Shown: positions 40,481 through 54,386 of the stretch, piece after piece
How positions within the stretch are numbered: position 1 is the first letter of the stretch
Layout: each line of letters starts with the position of its first letter
NCBI GenBank assembly: GCA_964016885.1
Contig: OZ024750.1
Span: forward strand, 310,001-374,000
DNA length: 64,000 bases
Direction: 5' to 3'
Source of the DNA: Eledone cirrhosa
Taxonomy: Eukaryota
Made by a program: the position numbers and the translations under genes
The notes under the pieces: model-generated
The model's input: only the letters and a program-made list of their open reading frames with translations
Database searches by the model: none
What the model was told of the DNA's origin: nothing

Positions 40481-41599
40481 AAAGATAAATGAATCTCGGT
40501 TTTGTTAACTCTTAATATCCTGTACCACATGAAACCACATTAGCAAGACATTCTTCAAAAGCATAAAACAGCACTAGGACTGCATCACATTAAAAATTAA
40601 TCTCTCTACTCTAATACTGCAAATTGTTACAACTGTCTGTTCACCAGTAAAGATACTATAAACATTTGAATTAACAAAGCTAACCCATGCTAGCGTGAAA
40701 GATGGACATTAAACGAAGATGATGATGATGTTTGTAGACATTTTCTGCTAAATCATTGCAGGAGATTGAGAGTTAATGAGTCTTTTAGTTGCTTCATTAA
40801 CAGAGTGGTCTACTCATTAAATTAAAGTGTAAGTGGTTGAGTATTCCACACACACATAATTCACAGGAAAGTTCAATGTGGCACAATACACAGCAGGGCT
40901 GACTCTTTTTATTTACAGGTACAGTCCATCTGAGTGACAACCAAACAGTTTCTGTGTACACAATTTCAATCACAAGGTTTGAGTCGACCTGAGGCTATGG
41001 TAGAAGACACTCAAAATTCCTCAGTGGGATTGAAACCAAAACTTCATGATTGTGAAGCAAACATCTTAACCATTCAGCCATGCTACATCTAAGGTATTAA
41101 ACAAATGGAAAGTTTCGGTAGCAGAAAATTAACGCCATTTAAATTTGACACTTATCTAAATTTGTTTTTAAAGAACTGTCAACAATAGTACATAGCATAC
41201 ATCTGTCCCAAATTTTAGTAAACCCCCACCACCACCACAAGCCTACTGTTTTCATGATAAATACTATCAGTCTTCCTTCACTTCAAGATAAAATATTTTT
41301 TTTAAATATTACTGATTGTTGTATGTGATGATGATGATAGTAGTTTTTTGCTTTGTCACATTTGAGTCATTCCCACCTAATGGATGACATACATAACGAT
41401 GGAAGGGGGGGGGGGGTACTTTTTACTATTGACACAAGATTTCTTAAAGAGGGTGGGGGAATCTTTTAATATTGACAAGATTTTTTATTTTCAGTAACCC
41501 TGTGAAAGTTTAGTTGTGGTGTCTGGTTATAGGATTAGTTAGTTGTAATGGGTCACTATTAGTATATTGAGTTGAGTAGTAGGTTCCTGTTAATGTGAT

Positions 41600-41780
41600 A
41601 CCAGTGACAACAGGTGAACTATTAGAGTGACAGAATGGACATCAAGGCAGTGGAAAAGAACCAGAGGGTGGCCAAAGGCCAGATGGCACAATGATCTGAC
41701 CCGATATCTCGGCCCAATATGACCAGAGATAGGAAGTGGTGTAGTTAACCAGGGAGGGGTTTCTCCAACAGGAGTGAAAA
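41600..41780 (+). mobile_element. Old LINE (RTE-like) 3' ORF remnant
   Basis: Degenerate RVTEWT..KRTRG.PKARWH.DL motif. Confidence 0.55.
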
Positions 41781-41861
41781 GGCTCTGGATTTAGCAATGG
41801 ACAATTATAGAGTTTGGGAGAGATTTCTTCTTTTTATTATTATTATCATTATTACATTGCA

Positions 41862-42146
41862 GTTACGGCCCTTGCCTTTCTGAGTTCAAATCCCGCCGAG
41901 GTTAACATTGCCTTTCATCCTTACGGGGTCGATAAAATAAAGTACCAGTAATCTACTGGGTAATTTGCTGGCCTTGTGCCAAAAGTAGAAACAATTATTA
42001 CATTGCAGTGGATTGGCAGTATCGGTATACCATCGGACACTTTATTCTGCAGTATAGAGTTACGGCCCTTTACGTTCCGGGTTCAAATCCTGCCGAGGTT
42101 AGCTTTGTCTTTCATCCTTACGTGGTTGGTAAAATAAAGTACCAGT
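41862..42146 (+). mobile_element. Tandem pair of S1 SINEs
   Basis: attattacattgcagt precedes each copy. Confidence 0.85.
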
Positions 42147-42150
42147 CACA

Positions 42151-42487
42151 CTGTGATACATATTTCAATGACAATCGTGGCTACGTAGAAATCATGCCAG
42201 ACTAGAAAGTATGAGCAATATGTAATCGTCTGATCTGTTTAGTGTTAAAATGTGACAGCCAGTCCAAACTATACCAGCATGGAGCATGAATGTAAAACAG
42301 TCATGTAAAACATGGATGTCTGTTCCCTTGGAACAGACATCGGCTATGAAAACATCATTTTTGTCCGTTCCTTTGTCTTTAGATTGGAATGCCCCTGAAA
42401 CGTAACATAATTACATAATGATGATATCATGTGTCTGGTTGCCTAACAATTACGTAGCCACGGTTGTCATTGAAATATGTATCACAG
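42151..42487. mobile_element. MITE with 37-bp TIRs, superfamily unassigned
   Basis: ctgtgatacatatttcaatgacaatcgtggctacgta / tacgtagccacggttgtcattgaaatatgtatcacag. Confidence 0.85.
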
Positions 42488-43308
42488 CTTTGTTAATAAA
42501 GGACCCATCTACACCGAACTTCACATTTTCCTTGTTCTCTCTCTCTCTCATATATATATACATACACATACACATATACATATATATATATATATATATC
42601 ATTAAGTTACGTCAGTAAACAGCGGACATGACTTAAGTACATTGTATGTCTAATGGCTTCGTCTATCTTTAAGGTGTGTAGGCATGGCTGTGTGGTTAAG
42701 GAGTGTAGACATGTCTTGTTTCTGCCTTTAATATGTGTAGGCATGGCTGAGTGGTTAAAGTGGGTAAACATGGCTGTAGGGTTAAGAAGTTTGCTTCACA
42801 ACTATATGATTCCAGATTCAATCCCACTGTAGCCATGAATTAACCAATGCATTGTGAGTGAAATTTGGTAGATGAGAACTATATATTGCTGGTGATGGTA
42901 ATGATGATGATGATAATAATCATCATCATCATTTTATGTTCATTTATCCATGCTTGCATTGGTTGAAGAAATATATATTCCAATATTTATTGTACCCGAC
43001 TTGTACAGAAATAACCATGTCACTCGTGCCCTCAGAAATACAACAAACTGGCTACCAGTGCTAGTGTTCACAAAATGGTACACTATAATTAATTAATAGA
43101 TAAATGCATAAGTGACCTTCAGCATTTTGAAGCTGTTTATGTTGTGTAATTCAGTGTTGTAATCTAAAAGTACAGATATGTCTAGCAGCCTTTTATTTTG
43201 TACAGATCACTATCTGATGATAACAAAGATTTGTTGTTTTCAGTGTTTTATTTATTAATTTTATTCTTATCTCGTTTCTATTTATTTTATTTTAATTATA
43301 TTGTTGAG

Positions 43309-43665
43309 TCACTGAAACTGAAAGGAGAGGTGTGTGATGCACGTGTGTGAAATGCCATGATTTATGGAAGCAAGACATGGGTGATGAAGATGGAGGAACA
43401 GGGAAAGCTGGATATAAGAGAAATGAGAATGGTGCTGTGGATGAGGGAGAAGACAAACAGCGAATTGCAGAGGATGATGGGAATATAACCAGTGAGGAAT
43501 GTTGTAAAGAGAAATGGAATGAGATGGTTGGGTTATGTGATGAGGAAGGATGAAAAGTAACTGTGTAATAGTAGTGATGGAAATGAACGTGGAAGGAAGT
43601 AGAGGAAGGGGAAGACCAAGAAAGACATGGCTAAAGATGATGGAGTTAGAAATGAAAGTCAGGGT
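43309..43665 (+). mobile_element. Degenerate RTE 3' fragment; related copies at ~46960-47350 and ~49235-49770
   Basis: MEMNVEGSRGRGRPRKTW and other decayed RTE motifs. Confidence 0.75.
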
Positions 43666-46219
43666 GTTGAGGGGAGAGAATGCAGCAACTCTTTCACTGG
43701 CCTTCACTACCTCATTCACCAATTTGAATCCTCTCTATCATACAAAAGAGTGTTATTTTTCATTTAAAACAATTTACAATGAAGCTGTTTAAGTTAGAGC
43801 CACATGTAATCTTTTGATGAGAAACAATGCAGTAGACCAAGTTAATAGTATGAAGTGTCTCTCTTAGCACCTCTCATCATTTCAATCAATTTTCTAGATA
43901 AACCCTTAGAAACCTCTGTGATGTTCATAGGAAATCTACCCCCACCTCTCTCTCTCTCTCTCTCTCGTTGTCTAGCACATGATGGAGATTAGCATTAATT
44001 TCCTCTCAGTTCATTCATTCTCAGCCATACACACACAAAAAAAGGGATTATGTTATTTCAATTAATGCTATACCAATGTGAATTGCTTGAAATTTCACAC
44101 CTGTTCCAACAGGAATTTGTAAGATAAATTTAAATAAATAAAATTGATTTAAATAGTTTTACTGGGAAGAAGATATTTAGTAACAAAATTATTTATTGAT
44201 AAAATGATGACAGCATTAAACAGAACTACTACTATCAGCAGCATTGTGATAGATTGATATTAATAAATAAATAAAATCTCTTAAGTTAAGCATCTCAAAT
44301 TGCCATAGCAACTAACATGTTTTTAATGTCTTCTGTACTAAAGAGAGACCCACAAGTTTACATGTACTGTAATAACTTTAGACATTTACTAAAATCTCAC
44401 CTACTTTTTGCAGTCAAAAAAGTCCAATACCTATAATGCTTTACACTTCTTTTATGTTATCTTAATTCCACCATAATCCTTTACATTTCAAATCTAACAT
44501 GAATTACTAATGAATCGTAAATATTTGCTTGATTTACAAAGCTTTGAGAAATTTGAAAATATAGTCGCTACAATGAAAATTACTGTGATGGACTGGCTTC
44601 CTATCCTGGGAGAATTCTTGTATGCCCACTTGTTTAACACTGAAGAAATCAAGGTAAACACCAACCTAATGAGCCTCTGAACTTGAGACAAACTTTAGAC
44701 ATTTTTAGACATGACTAGTATTGTGTTAGTTCTTGAACATGGTGCTGAGCCTTTTCTCTCACATTTCACTGAGAGAGAAAATAATTCAATGGAAAGAGAG
44801 AGAGATAGTGCTGTAGTGATTGTGATGTTGAGAGTGGAGTTGGTGATGTTCTGAGTGGTGGTGGAAGTAGTGGTGGTGCTGGTGATGTGGAAAGTGGAGC
44901 TGATGATGATGATTTTGAGAGTGGAGTTGATGTTGTGAGTGGTGCTGGTGGTGGAGGTAGTGGTGGTGCTGGTGATGTGGAAAGTGGAGCTGGTGATGTT
45001 GGTGGTGGTGGTGCTGCTGCTGGTGTTGGTAGTGAGGAAATAAATCAAAGAGACTTATAAATATTTTCAACTTACAGAACAAACTAGTAAATAAGTACAT
45101 GTGTATGTGTCTATGTACACAAGTGAATGTCTGTATAAACACACATACAAATACACATATACAAATATTTGGAATAGAATAGAGATGCATGTAAAGATGT
45201 CAAGGCCTGTTTATATTCAACAATAAGGTCTTTGTAAGTTTATTTGTTATCGACTAAAATGTATTTTAAAAAAGACTGAACACTTGTGGTTAAATGATCA
45301 AATGGAATGTGTTCTGCTATTTATGGGATTGAATCAATTTCCTTAATCACATCTCATTGTTTCTAATTTTCTCCCATCATCCTATCAAACCATCAGAAAC
45401 ATAGTTTGTATTGAAATATATAAACAAAGTTCTCTTGCTGCCACCACCACCAAATAAATGTATATCAGTTACACAACCTTCAGAATGTGTTCAGTAAATT
45501 GTTTAACCCCAGGCCAATCTTGATCTGACAGGACCATTGATCAAAAGTGTTTCAGCTATAATTATGATTTTTAAAAAAAAAATGTTCTATTATTATTTTT
45601 TTTAATTGTGTATCTATGGTAATATAGAGTTTGAGGGAGATTTGGCTGATATTTTTAGCAGGGGGAAGTAGATGCACTCTTGTGTTGACTCAATTTTCAG
45701 TTAGAAAAAAAAATATAAGTGTTGCCTTTCATTCCAAACTAAGAAGCCAACATCAACAGTACCACCATGTGAAAGCTGTCTTGCTCTCTCATTCCAAAGA
45801 TGAAAGCTCACATTAATAGCATTATTGAGAGAGAAGTGGGGAAAGCTGTTTGCATAAGTAGAGTCAGTCAAAACTAACCCAAGAAGCTCACATAAGTAGT
45901 TTCACTATATGAGAGCTCTACTACAGAAGTAGTCTTAACTTTTTTTCAAATATGATGTTGCAAAACTTATATTTTGTGAAAATATAAGTTTTATATCTAT
46001 TAACACATACACACAATAACTCACACAACCCTCCTTACACACACACATAGTTTATACATGCACACATTAAAACACACATATGCACATCTATTGATTTTAA
46101 CACTATCGTACACATGTTTCTAATGAAATACATTCTAATTCAATTAATTAATGGAGAATTTTGAGAGATTTACTAAAATTATTAATTATTTAATTACTAA
46201 AATAGCAACTTAACATGTC

Positions 46220-46672
46220 ATATAAAATGAGAAAACTCTTCACTAGAACAGCTGTTAAAACAGCCAAATACTGATGGCTGAGAGGACAGAGACCAGCCGT
46301 CAACAGACAATCCACAAGGTGGGTGACAGGCAGATGATATATGTCTCAATGGACAGAGACCAGCAGTCATCAGACAATCCACAAGGTGGGTGACAGATGA
46401 AATATAGAAAAGATTGAAAGAGGAGGAGGAGGAGGAGAAGGGTGTTGGCACACAGAAGTGATTGAAAGAAGGAAATAAAGAAAGGTGATGTACAAAACAA
46501 ATTCACACATCTTCATCCTCATCAGCTCTCAAACCAGCAAAATGGTTTCACAATTTAATTGACCACTGGCCACAGGTCTCTGTCCTCTGAGGCATTTTTG
46601 CCCATCGCTGTCTGTGACAGCATTTGGCTGTTTGAATGGCTGTTCTAGCAATGAGTTTTCTCATTTTTATAT
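46220..46672. mobile_element. Fold-back element with long imperfect TIRs and an internal direct repeat
   Basis: ataaaatgagaaaactc..ctagaacagc..aaacagccaaat..ggacagagacc is mirrored at 46575-46672. Confidence 0.75.
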
Positions 46673-47470
46673 ATATTTAAATACACTCTCGCTTCACCTC
46701 AATCAAAGACAATAATGTTTTTCATTTAAAATACGATGTTATATAAAATTACATTAGAGGATTTAAATTTAAATATGAACCCTTAAAAATGGGTGGTTTT
46801 GTTTCATAGAACCAGAGCTGGTTTGGATCAGGTTGGTATCAAATAGGTTTTATGTTTAAAGTGTTCCAAAGTACAAAAACATCATTTTTATGCTGTGAGA
46901 AAAAAAAATTTGATAAATGGCTTCAAAGCTAACATATGTGATCTATATATGTGAGAAGTGGTATGATTTATGGATGTGAGACATGGATAATGAATGTAAA
47001 ACAACAGAGAAGGCTGGACAGAATGGAAATAAAAACAATCTGGTAGATGAGTGGAGTATCGCAGCGAGAGAGGGAGAGAAAGAGTGGAGCAGGACAAAGA
47101 ATAAATAACAGAGGATGACGGGAATAGAATCAATGATGAATGTTGTGAAGAGAAATGGAATGAGATGATTGGGCCATGTGTTGAGGAAGGATGAAAGTGA
47201 CTGGGTGAGAGGAGTGATGGAAATGAATGTGGAAAGAAGTAGATGAAGAGGTAGTCCAAGAAAGACATAGCTAAAAATGATGGAGGAGGAGATGGAAGCC
47301 ACCGAGTTGATGTTGAATGATGCAGATAATAGAAAGAAAATGGAGGTCACATGGATAAGCCCTGTTTTAGCAGAGATGTAATGATATAATGATGGTAGTA
47401 ATTGGAAAAGCAAATTACATATACATATACATATTAGGAAATTGTAGTTTGCTTGAAGCATGGTGTATGG

Positions 47471-47672
47471 TATATAAATATGAAGTTTGAAGGTCGCGAC
47501 AATGAGAAATGGATGAACAAGAAAATAAGATGAAGCAAGATGTTATGAGTTACCTTATTTATCTGTTATGTGTCACCTTAATTACCTTAAGGTAAACATA
47601 ACATCTTGCTTTGTCTTATTTTCTTGTTCGTCTATTTCACATTGTCGTAGCCTTCAAACTTCATATATTATA
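47471..47672. mobile_element. Palindromic MITE (~80-bp arms)
   Basis: atatgaagtttgaagg..gaacaagaaaataaga..agcaagatgttatg / cataacatcttgct..tcttattttcttgttc..ccttcaaacttcatat. Confidence 0.8.
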
Positions 47673-49061
47673 TATATATTTATATATATGCATATATATA
47701 TATATATATTAGTTACACAAGCATCATAAACATGTTCAGTAAGCTGTTATTATTCAGCCCAGGTCAGCCTTGATCTGGCAGGTCTATATCAAAAGCATTC
47801 TAGCCATACTTGTTCTGTCTTTTCATCATCATCATCACCACTTTAAGTCTGTTTTTTCCATACAGGCATGGGTTGGACAGGTCTTTTCCAGCACAGCATC
47901 CCTCTACTCATCATTGTCCATTTATTTTTGTTTGTTTTATTTTGTTTTTACAAAAATAGTTTATCTAATATGAGATGAAGAAGATTTTGATGATATTTCC
48001 AGCAGAACAACTAACCAAATAGAGGCTCAATTTTACAAAAATCTATATTTTAAATGGAAAAAAAAAGTTACTGAAACAAAAATACTGACTGTTTGAAAGA
48101 CACCTGAATAAATGGAAAACCAGTTCCATTTAAGGCAATTTTTTTCATGAAGCAGCACAAATATATACTTGTCTGTCAACATGAGATTAGCTTTGAAAAT
48201 GTGAACATGTTTCATGAAACTGCACAAATATATACCGCATGTACTCAAATATAAACCGAGGAATATGTGACAAAAAAAAAATTGATGGTAAAAGAGAGGG
48301 TCGGCTTATATTCGGGGGTCAATATTTTGAGGATACCTTATTCTCCTCCTCCCTCAAGAAAAGGGTTACAGGAACTTTCCTACTCTTTCCGACTAAATAG
48401 TAAAAATGAATGCCTTGGCATCAAGTATAATGTAGGTCTCTACATACAGCATGACTCTAGATCTTCTGCAATGTCATCTTCCATTTGACAAATATAATGA
48501 TATAAACTGTATCTACCTTCTCATAAGTGAAAAGGTTAGGATATAAAAGCTATCACATAAATGAAACTCTAGCAACTAGGTACTTTATTGTAGACAGTTT
48601 GAAACGTCTTAGTTTGGAGGTTAAATCTTACAGAGATCGACTTGATGCTTGGATCTACTCAGACTGTTCAAATAAATATCAATTCTATTGCGAGGTCAAA
48701 GCACCTAGCTTTCTTACACAAAAAAACGATGTTCATAAGCTAAAATAAGAAACCATTATTCTGTCTTTATAGATCTAATCTTCACTATGTTTCTGAATAA
48801 AAATATAATATTCCAAATGGATAATAGAACAAATGTATCTCAAATATATCAGTTTCTTACTTGATTCTATTGACTATTCTTGTCTTTATAACAATGTAGA
48901 TAAGATATTGACTGGAAGAAACATCACAACAGACAGCTGATACACAAACCATTCTACCTTCTTACAATTGATTTTCTAAAGTTGTGTAGGTGGGATTTCA
49001 AGGAGTAAAAGTTAAAAACAGATGATATACCAGCTGCACGATTAATCTAATGCTGAACTAC

Positions 49062-49193
49062 TGATCATATGGCCATTGCTGACAAAGAAGTGAACCTCAT
49101 GTAACAAATGTAATAAATATACAAGAATGATCATATGGCCATTGCTGACAAAGAAGTGAACCTCATGTAACAAATGTAATAAATATACAAGAA
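49062..49193. repeat. Perfect 66-bp tandem duplication
   Basis: tgatcatatggccattgctgac...aatatacaagaa occurs twice. Confidence 0.92.
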
Positions 49194-50930
49194 TAGTTAG
49201 TAAAATCACCTAAAAAAAATTAAGTATTTTAACTAGCAACCAGATGATAGAATTTGTTACATAGGTGACCTAATCAACAGTGGAGGTGGTTATGAGAAAT
49301 ATATAGCAGCCAGGGTAAAAATGGAGGGTAGAGTTTCAAATAACTATTACCTCTGTTGGCAACAAAGAGTTTTCTCTCTAACTAAAGGACAAATAATATA
49401 ATGTTTGTGTAAGACCTGTGACATTGTATGGTAGTGAGATGGGACACTGAATGCAGAAGATGTGCAAAGACTGGGAAGAAATCAAGGAAGCATGCTCTGC
49501 TAGATGTGCAATGTCAGCTATGAATGAATTATGGAGCACAGGTGAGCTGACAGAAAAACTAAGCAAGGGATATGTTATCTATGTGAAGGAAGACAGTTGG
49601 GTGAACATTTTCAAACGATTCATGAGGAAGAAGTCTGTGGAAGAGATATTCTGAAGACAACATAGGAAGAAAATAGTCAGATCTGATATGCGGATGCTGG
49701 ACTTCACAGATGATGAGGGCCATATGGTGAGATGTTGTGTTGAAACAGGCAGTACAACCAATGCCAGGATGGGAAAACAAACATTAAAAAGTGGTGGTGG
49801 TGGTAATGGTGATTGGGCTGCTGCTTGTAGTACTTATGGTAATAATGGTAGTGGTGATGATGATGGTGATAGCAGTGGTGGTAATAGTGGTGACAGTGGT
49901 GATGACAATGGTGGTGATAGTGATGATGGTGATCTTGATAAACATCAGGTCTTCATGGGTAATTATTTCCTTAAGTAGATAAGTGGTGACTTAGTCTATA
50001 TATTCTATAGCAAAAAGAATCATGGTATTAGAATTAAACCTTCCTTACCAAAGACAATGAAGTGACTATGACAGCAGATGGAATGATAGTTCAATAGACA
50101 ATAATTTGTCCATTCAATTGGCCATCTTACACTTGGTAATTCCTATTATGGAGTGTCAGATATAAACATAACAAAAGTTAACTAAAAGTTGCTATTCTCT
50201 ATAATCAATACAATTTACTGTACTAAATCACTGTTAATTTCAACCTATTTGTCTAGATTGGTCTCATTTGCGTATCATAGACAATAGCACCAATGCTCAT
50301 CTATATGATGCTGTATGTCAGGAAGTGACGTTGGTGGGTTCCAAATCCTAGTCCGGAAGCTGTCTATGGAGCCACAGTTGATCTGCTTTCATTACAAGGT
50401 TGAAACCATTGGTTACTTGTCACCTGACTAGAGAGTCCCATCTACCTCAGTTTTGAAATGAGAGTGATCCTTCTCCAGACTGTTTACCTGTATTGGATGG
50501 CCATTGACTCTCCTCACATCCTCCACTGTTTTTATCCTACTGGGTATCCACCCTCCTCACAAAGCAAGTTTGGTGAGGTTGCCAGTTTAGTAACAGACAA
50601 CCCATGTGTCAGGTTGAACTGGGTTACATGTTACCAATAGCACATGAAAGCGATCTGACTTCATATATGAGTGTGGGCTGAAAAGTTCAAAGGCTGACTA
50701 TGAAGTGATGCTAGTGCTGTGAAATCTTGCATGCATTAATTTCAACTCTTCTTATTAATAACTGCATTGACTCTCCTGAGACTGTTCTCTTGTATTAAGC
50801 TATAATTCTCTCTGCCTCTCATTACCACTCTGTTGGGAGTATCTGAGACAGGTCACCTTACCTCCCACCACCAATATTGCTTCAGATAGTTTTCCTATGC
50901 CCCACTCTGGTCTAGGAAGCCATGTAAAGA

Positions 50931-51308
50931 ATAATTGTTTCTACTTTTGGCACAAAGCCAGCAATTATCCCAGTATATTACTGGTACTTTATTTTATCGA
51001 CCTCGTAAGGATGAAAGGCAAAGCTAACCTCGGTGGGATTTGAACTCATACCATAAAGGGCCGTAACTCTTTGCTGCAAAGCATGGCGCTCGATCCTGCC
51101 AATCCACAGCCATGTAAAGAATAATTGTATCTACTTTTGGTACAAGGCCAGCAATTACTCAGTGCATAACTGGTACTTTATTTTATCGACCTCGTAAGGA
51201 TGAAAGGCAAAGTTAACCTCGGCGGGAGTTGAACTCAGAATGGCAAGGGCCGTAACTATGCGTCAAAGCATGGTGTCCGACCCTCTACCGATACTGCCAA
51301 TCCACCAC
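50931..51308 (-). mobile_element. Tandem pair of S1 SINEs
   Basis: agccatgtaaagaataattgt duplicated at 50918 and 51108. Confidence 0.88.
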
Positions 51309-52602
51309 AATAATGAGCATTCTTTTGACTAAACCACAAACTATAAAAGAAAAGTAGATAGTGTGAACACAATGTAGTGCCTTTGACTCCACATGAACTT
51401 GTTCATCAGCTGTAACAGCTGTCAATTCATTATAACACTGCTATCTACTTTAAGCTACCTACTTACCCTACATAGCTTTAAGAAATATCTACAGAAAGTG
51501 TCTAATTCACTAACTTGACCCTATCAGGACCATATTTCTAATGAAATACGCTGTATTTATTCAATCGATTAATGAAAGATTTTGAGGGATTTACTAAAAT
51601 TATTGATTATTCAATTATTATAACATAACAAATGGTTCTTATATCAAATTATGTTGAAAGATCGTAATTCAACCCTTTAGCATTTAAATTACTCTATACT
51701 GTTATATTTTCAAAGTAAAGGCTTTACTTCACATAATATTGAACCTATGAGATTTTGTTATTATTTATTTTGAGAACAATACCTTAACATCAGTATGAGT
51801 GGCTTGTTACAGCCAGTTTGAACAGAAAGAGGTGAGAGAATACAGCTGGTTTAAATTGGAACCCTTTAAAATAGGTAGCTTTATGTCACAGAAACAACCA
51901 GTTTTGGATAGATTAGTATCAAAAGGGTTAAATTGTTATAGGAAACAACCTGATTATAGGATCACTCCTGTGGCCACTTTATGGTGTTCTTAACATCCTG
52001 TACCATGTGAAACCAGATTAGCAAAACATTCTTAAAAGGTACAAAACTCTGACTATATCATATACAAAATTTAAATGCTAAAGGGTTAATACTGCACATT
52101 TTTCAACAGTTTCCACTAGTAAAGATACTATAAACATTTGAATGAACAAATTTGTTTTTAAATATTTTCTGCTAAATCATTACAAGGCGTTAATAATTAA
52201 ATGAGTCTTCTGGGAAGGATATTAATAAAAGCTACTGTTGACAGACTGAAGAAATATTGACCAGTTTAACAAGTAAAATAATTCTCAACAAAACTTTTAG
52301 TGAAAATGGCAACAGAATGAAGAAATGACCTTCTTTTTAACCTCTTTCCATTCAGAATAGGTCATAGATTGGTCAATTATTCAAGTCCATACATTAACAT
52401 GCTCTGTATTATACATTCTACAGCTATTGTTCAGCATAGAAGGTAGGTGGGGAGAATAGAAATCTTTGTAAAGCAGTTTCAGTTAAACAGGATCAAACAA
52501 GGAACTTAACTGATATTAAAAAAAATTTTTTTTTTTAATAATAAAAAGAAAAAAAAGAACAATTACAATTAGTTTTTTATGATGACAAATGGGAGTTTGG
52601 TA

Positions 52603-52797
52603 GAATAATTATTTCTACTTTAGACACAAGGCGGGCAATTTAAAGAGTCCCTAATACCTATTGGTACTTTATTTTATCGACCCCATAAGGATGAAAGGCA
52701 AAGCTAACTACGGCAGAATTTAAACTCAGACCGTAAAAGGCCATAACTCTATGCTGCAAAGCATGGTGTCCAACACTCTACCAATACTGCCAATCCA
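52603..52797 (-). mobile_element. S1 SINE
   Basis: Same head, body and tail as the other S1 copies. Confidence 0.85.
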
Positions 52798-54024
52798 CTG
52801 TTCTAGATTGGTAAAATAATACAAACATGGAACAATTGCTGACTAAATAGCAAGAGGTCCACCAATGAAGCAGAGGCCATAACTAACGTTTCTTCTATCT
52901 TAGATGGTGTTTATAATGTCTAATATAGTATTACCATGAAAATCTTACCAGTTCATGTTTAATATTGTCACACACATATCTATATTGTAGGACAAAACAA
53001 AATGAATACCTAGTACCCGTGTTAGAGTAGAATATACATTTACTAATATTTCAAATTAGTATTACTAATATATCAAATTTGCCAGCCTCGTTACTCAACT
53101 TTCACTTGAGTTAATGAAGCTAGGAAATTTTACTTCTTAAAACATTCAAACACACACATACACACATATAATGATTGCAACTCCTGGTTCCTATACTTCA
53201 ATCTGATAGAAATCAACCTGATCTAAAAAAGGAACCATTGCGTGTAATCCAATTGGAATTATAAAGAAACCCAGTCTAATGAATAAAATATAAGAAAAGA
53301 AATTGTAAAAATAAATTTTTATCCATGTAAAATTAATTGAGACAGTTCTTGAGTCTTGGAGCAACTTTAACCGAGTTTCCTTTTATATAATTCCGATTTT
53401 GAGGGAGATTAACACAAATTACTCTCTCTTCCTTACCACTACACTAATCCCTTCTTAAGACAAGGTTCATTGACTTCAAAATGCATTCAACAACGAAATT
53501 GCCCTCTTTTTTTTTTTTTTTTTGAACGGAGAGAACTGAACTATCGATTATGTGTGGGTGTATATGAAAGGGGGGGGGGGCAGAGGAGTGGAGAAAGAGT
53601 GATTGATAGACGGAAGGAGAGAAGAAGAGAGAACGAAAGAAGAGATGACTGCTAAAAATAGCGAGAAATATGACTTTAGAAACTGTAGCCAGCATAGCAC
53701 CAAATTTCGGCGCAGCTCAAATCTGTCGGATAAATTAAGAATTTTTTTTCTGAGAATGAATATGGGATGCAAATGATAACAATGAGAAGGGGAGGGTGTA
53801 AACGGTAAAAGTTTAGAAACAGACAATGTATGTAACCTTGCCAAAAATATTATATAAACAATATAACCATGAACAAGAACTACACGTAAAAGCTTGAGTA
53901 GTTTCCATTGAGAAAAAAAATAGTTGGATTATATGAGTATGGTGGTATTATAACAAATTTAATATAAACTAGTATGGATCCAATAAGATCTATTCAAATT
54001 TTGCTCACTTTGAGTGTATTAAAC

Positions 54025-54386
54025 CACGATTCTTTCTAGCATTGACACCAGGGCAACAATTTGTTTGAGGGGAGGGGGGTTAAATATATCGCCCTCAATA
54101 TTTAACTGGTACTTTATTTTATCGACCCTGGTAGTATGAAAAACAAAGCTAACCTCGGCGGGATTTGAACTCAGAACGTAAAAGGCCATAACTAAATACC
54201 GCAAATCATTTTGTCCAATACTCTACCAATACTGCTAATCCACAATATAATAAAATATTGTTTCTACTTTTGGCACAAGGCCAGCAATTACTCAGTACAT
54301 TACTGGTACTTTATTTTATTGACCCCGTAAGGATGAAAGGCAAAGTTAACCTCGGCGGGTTCAAATCCCGCCGAGGTTAACTTTGA
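54025..54386 (-). mobile_element. Two adjacent S1 SINEs, the right-hand one ending in a fold-back inversion
   Basis: S1 motifs; caaagttaacctcggcggg-ttcaaat-cccgccgaggttaactttg at 54341-54385. Confidence 0.82.

Noticed and set aside
42676-42830. tRNA-like sequences here and at the SINE heads
   Set aside because: Degenerate SINE heads with A/B boxes but no full cloverleaf, so not called as tRNA genes.
44401-44769. Possible AG...GTGAG bounded exon on the minus strand
   Set aside because: No sustained ORF or homology; splice-like signals alone are insufficient.
44695-45190. His/Thr-rich ORFs
   Set aside because: Translations of a degenerate (GGT/GAT)n repeat.
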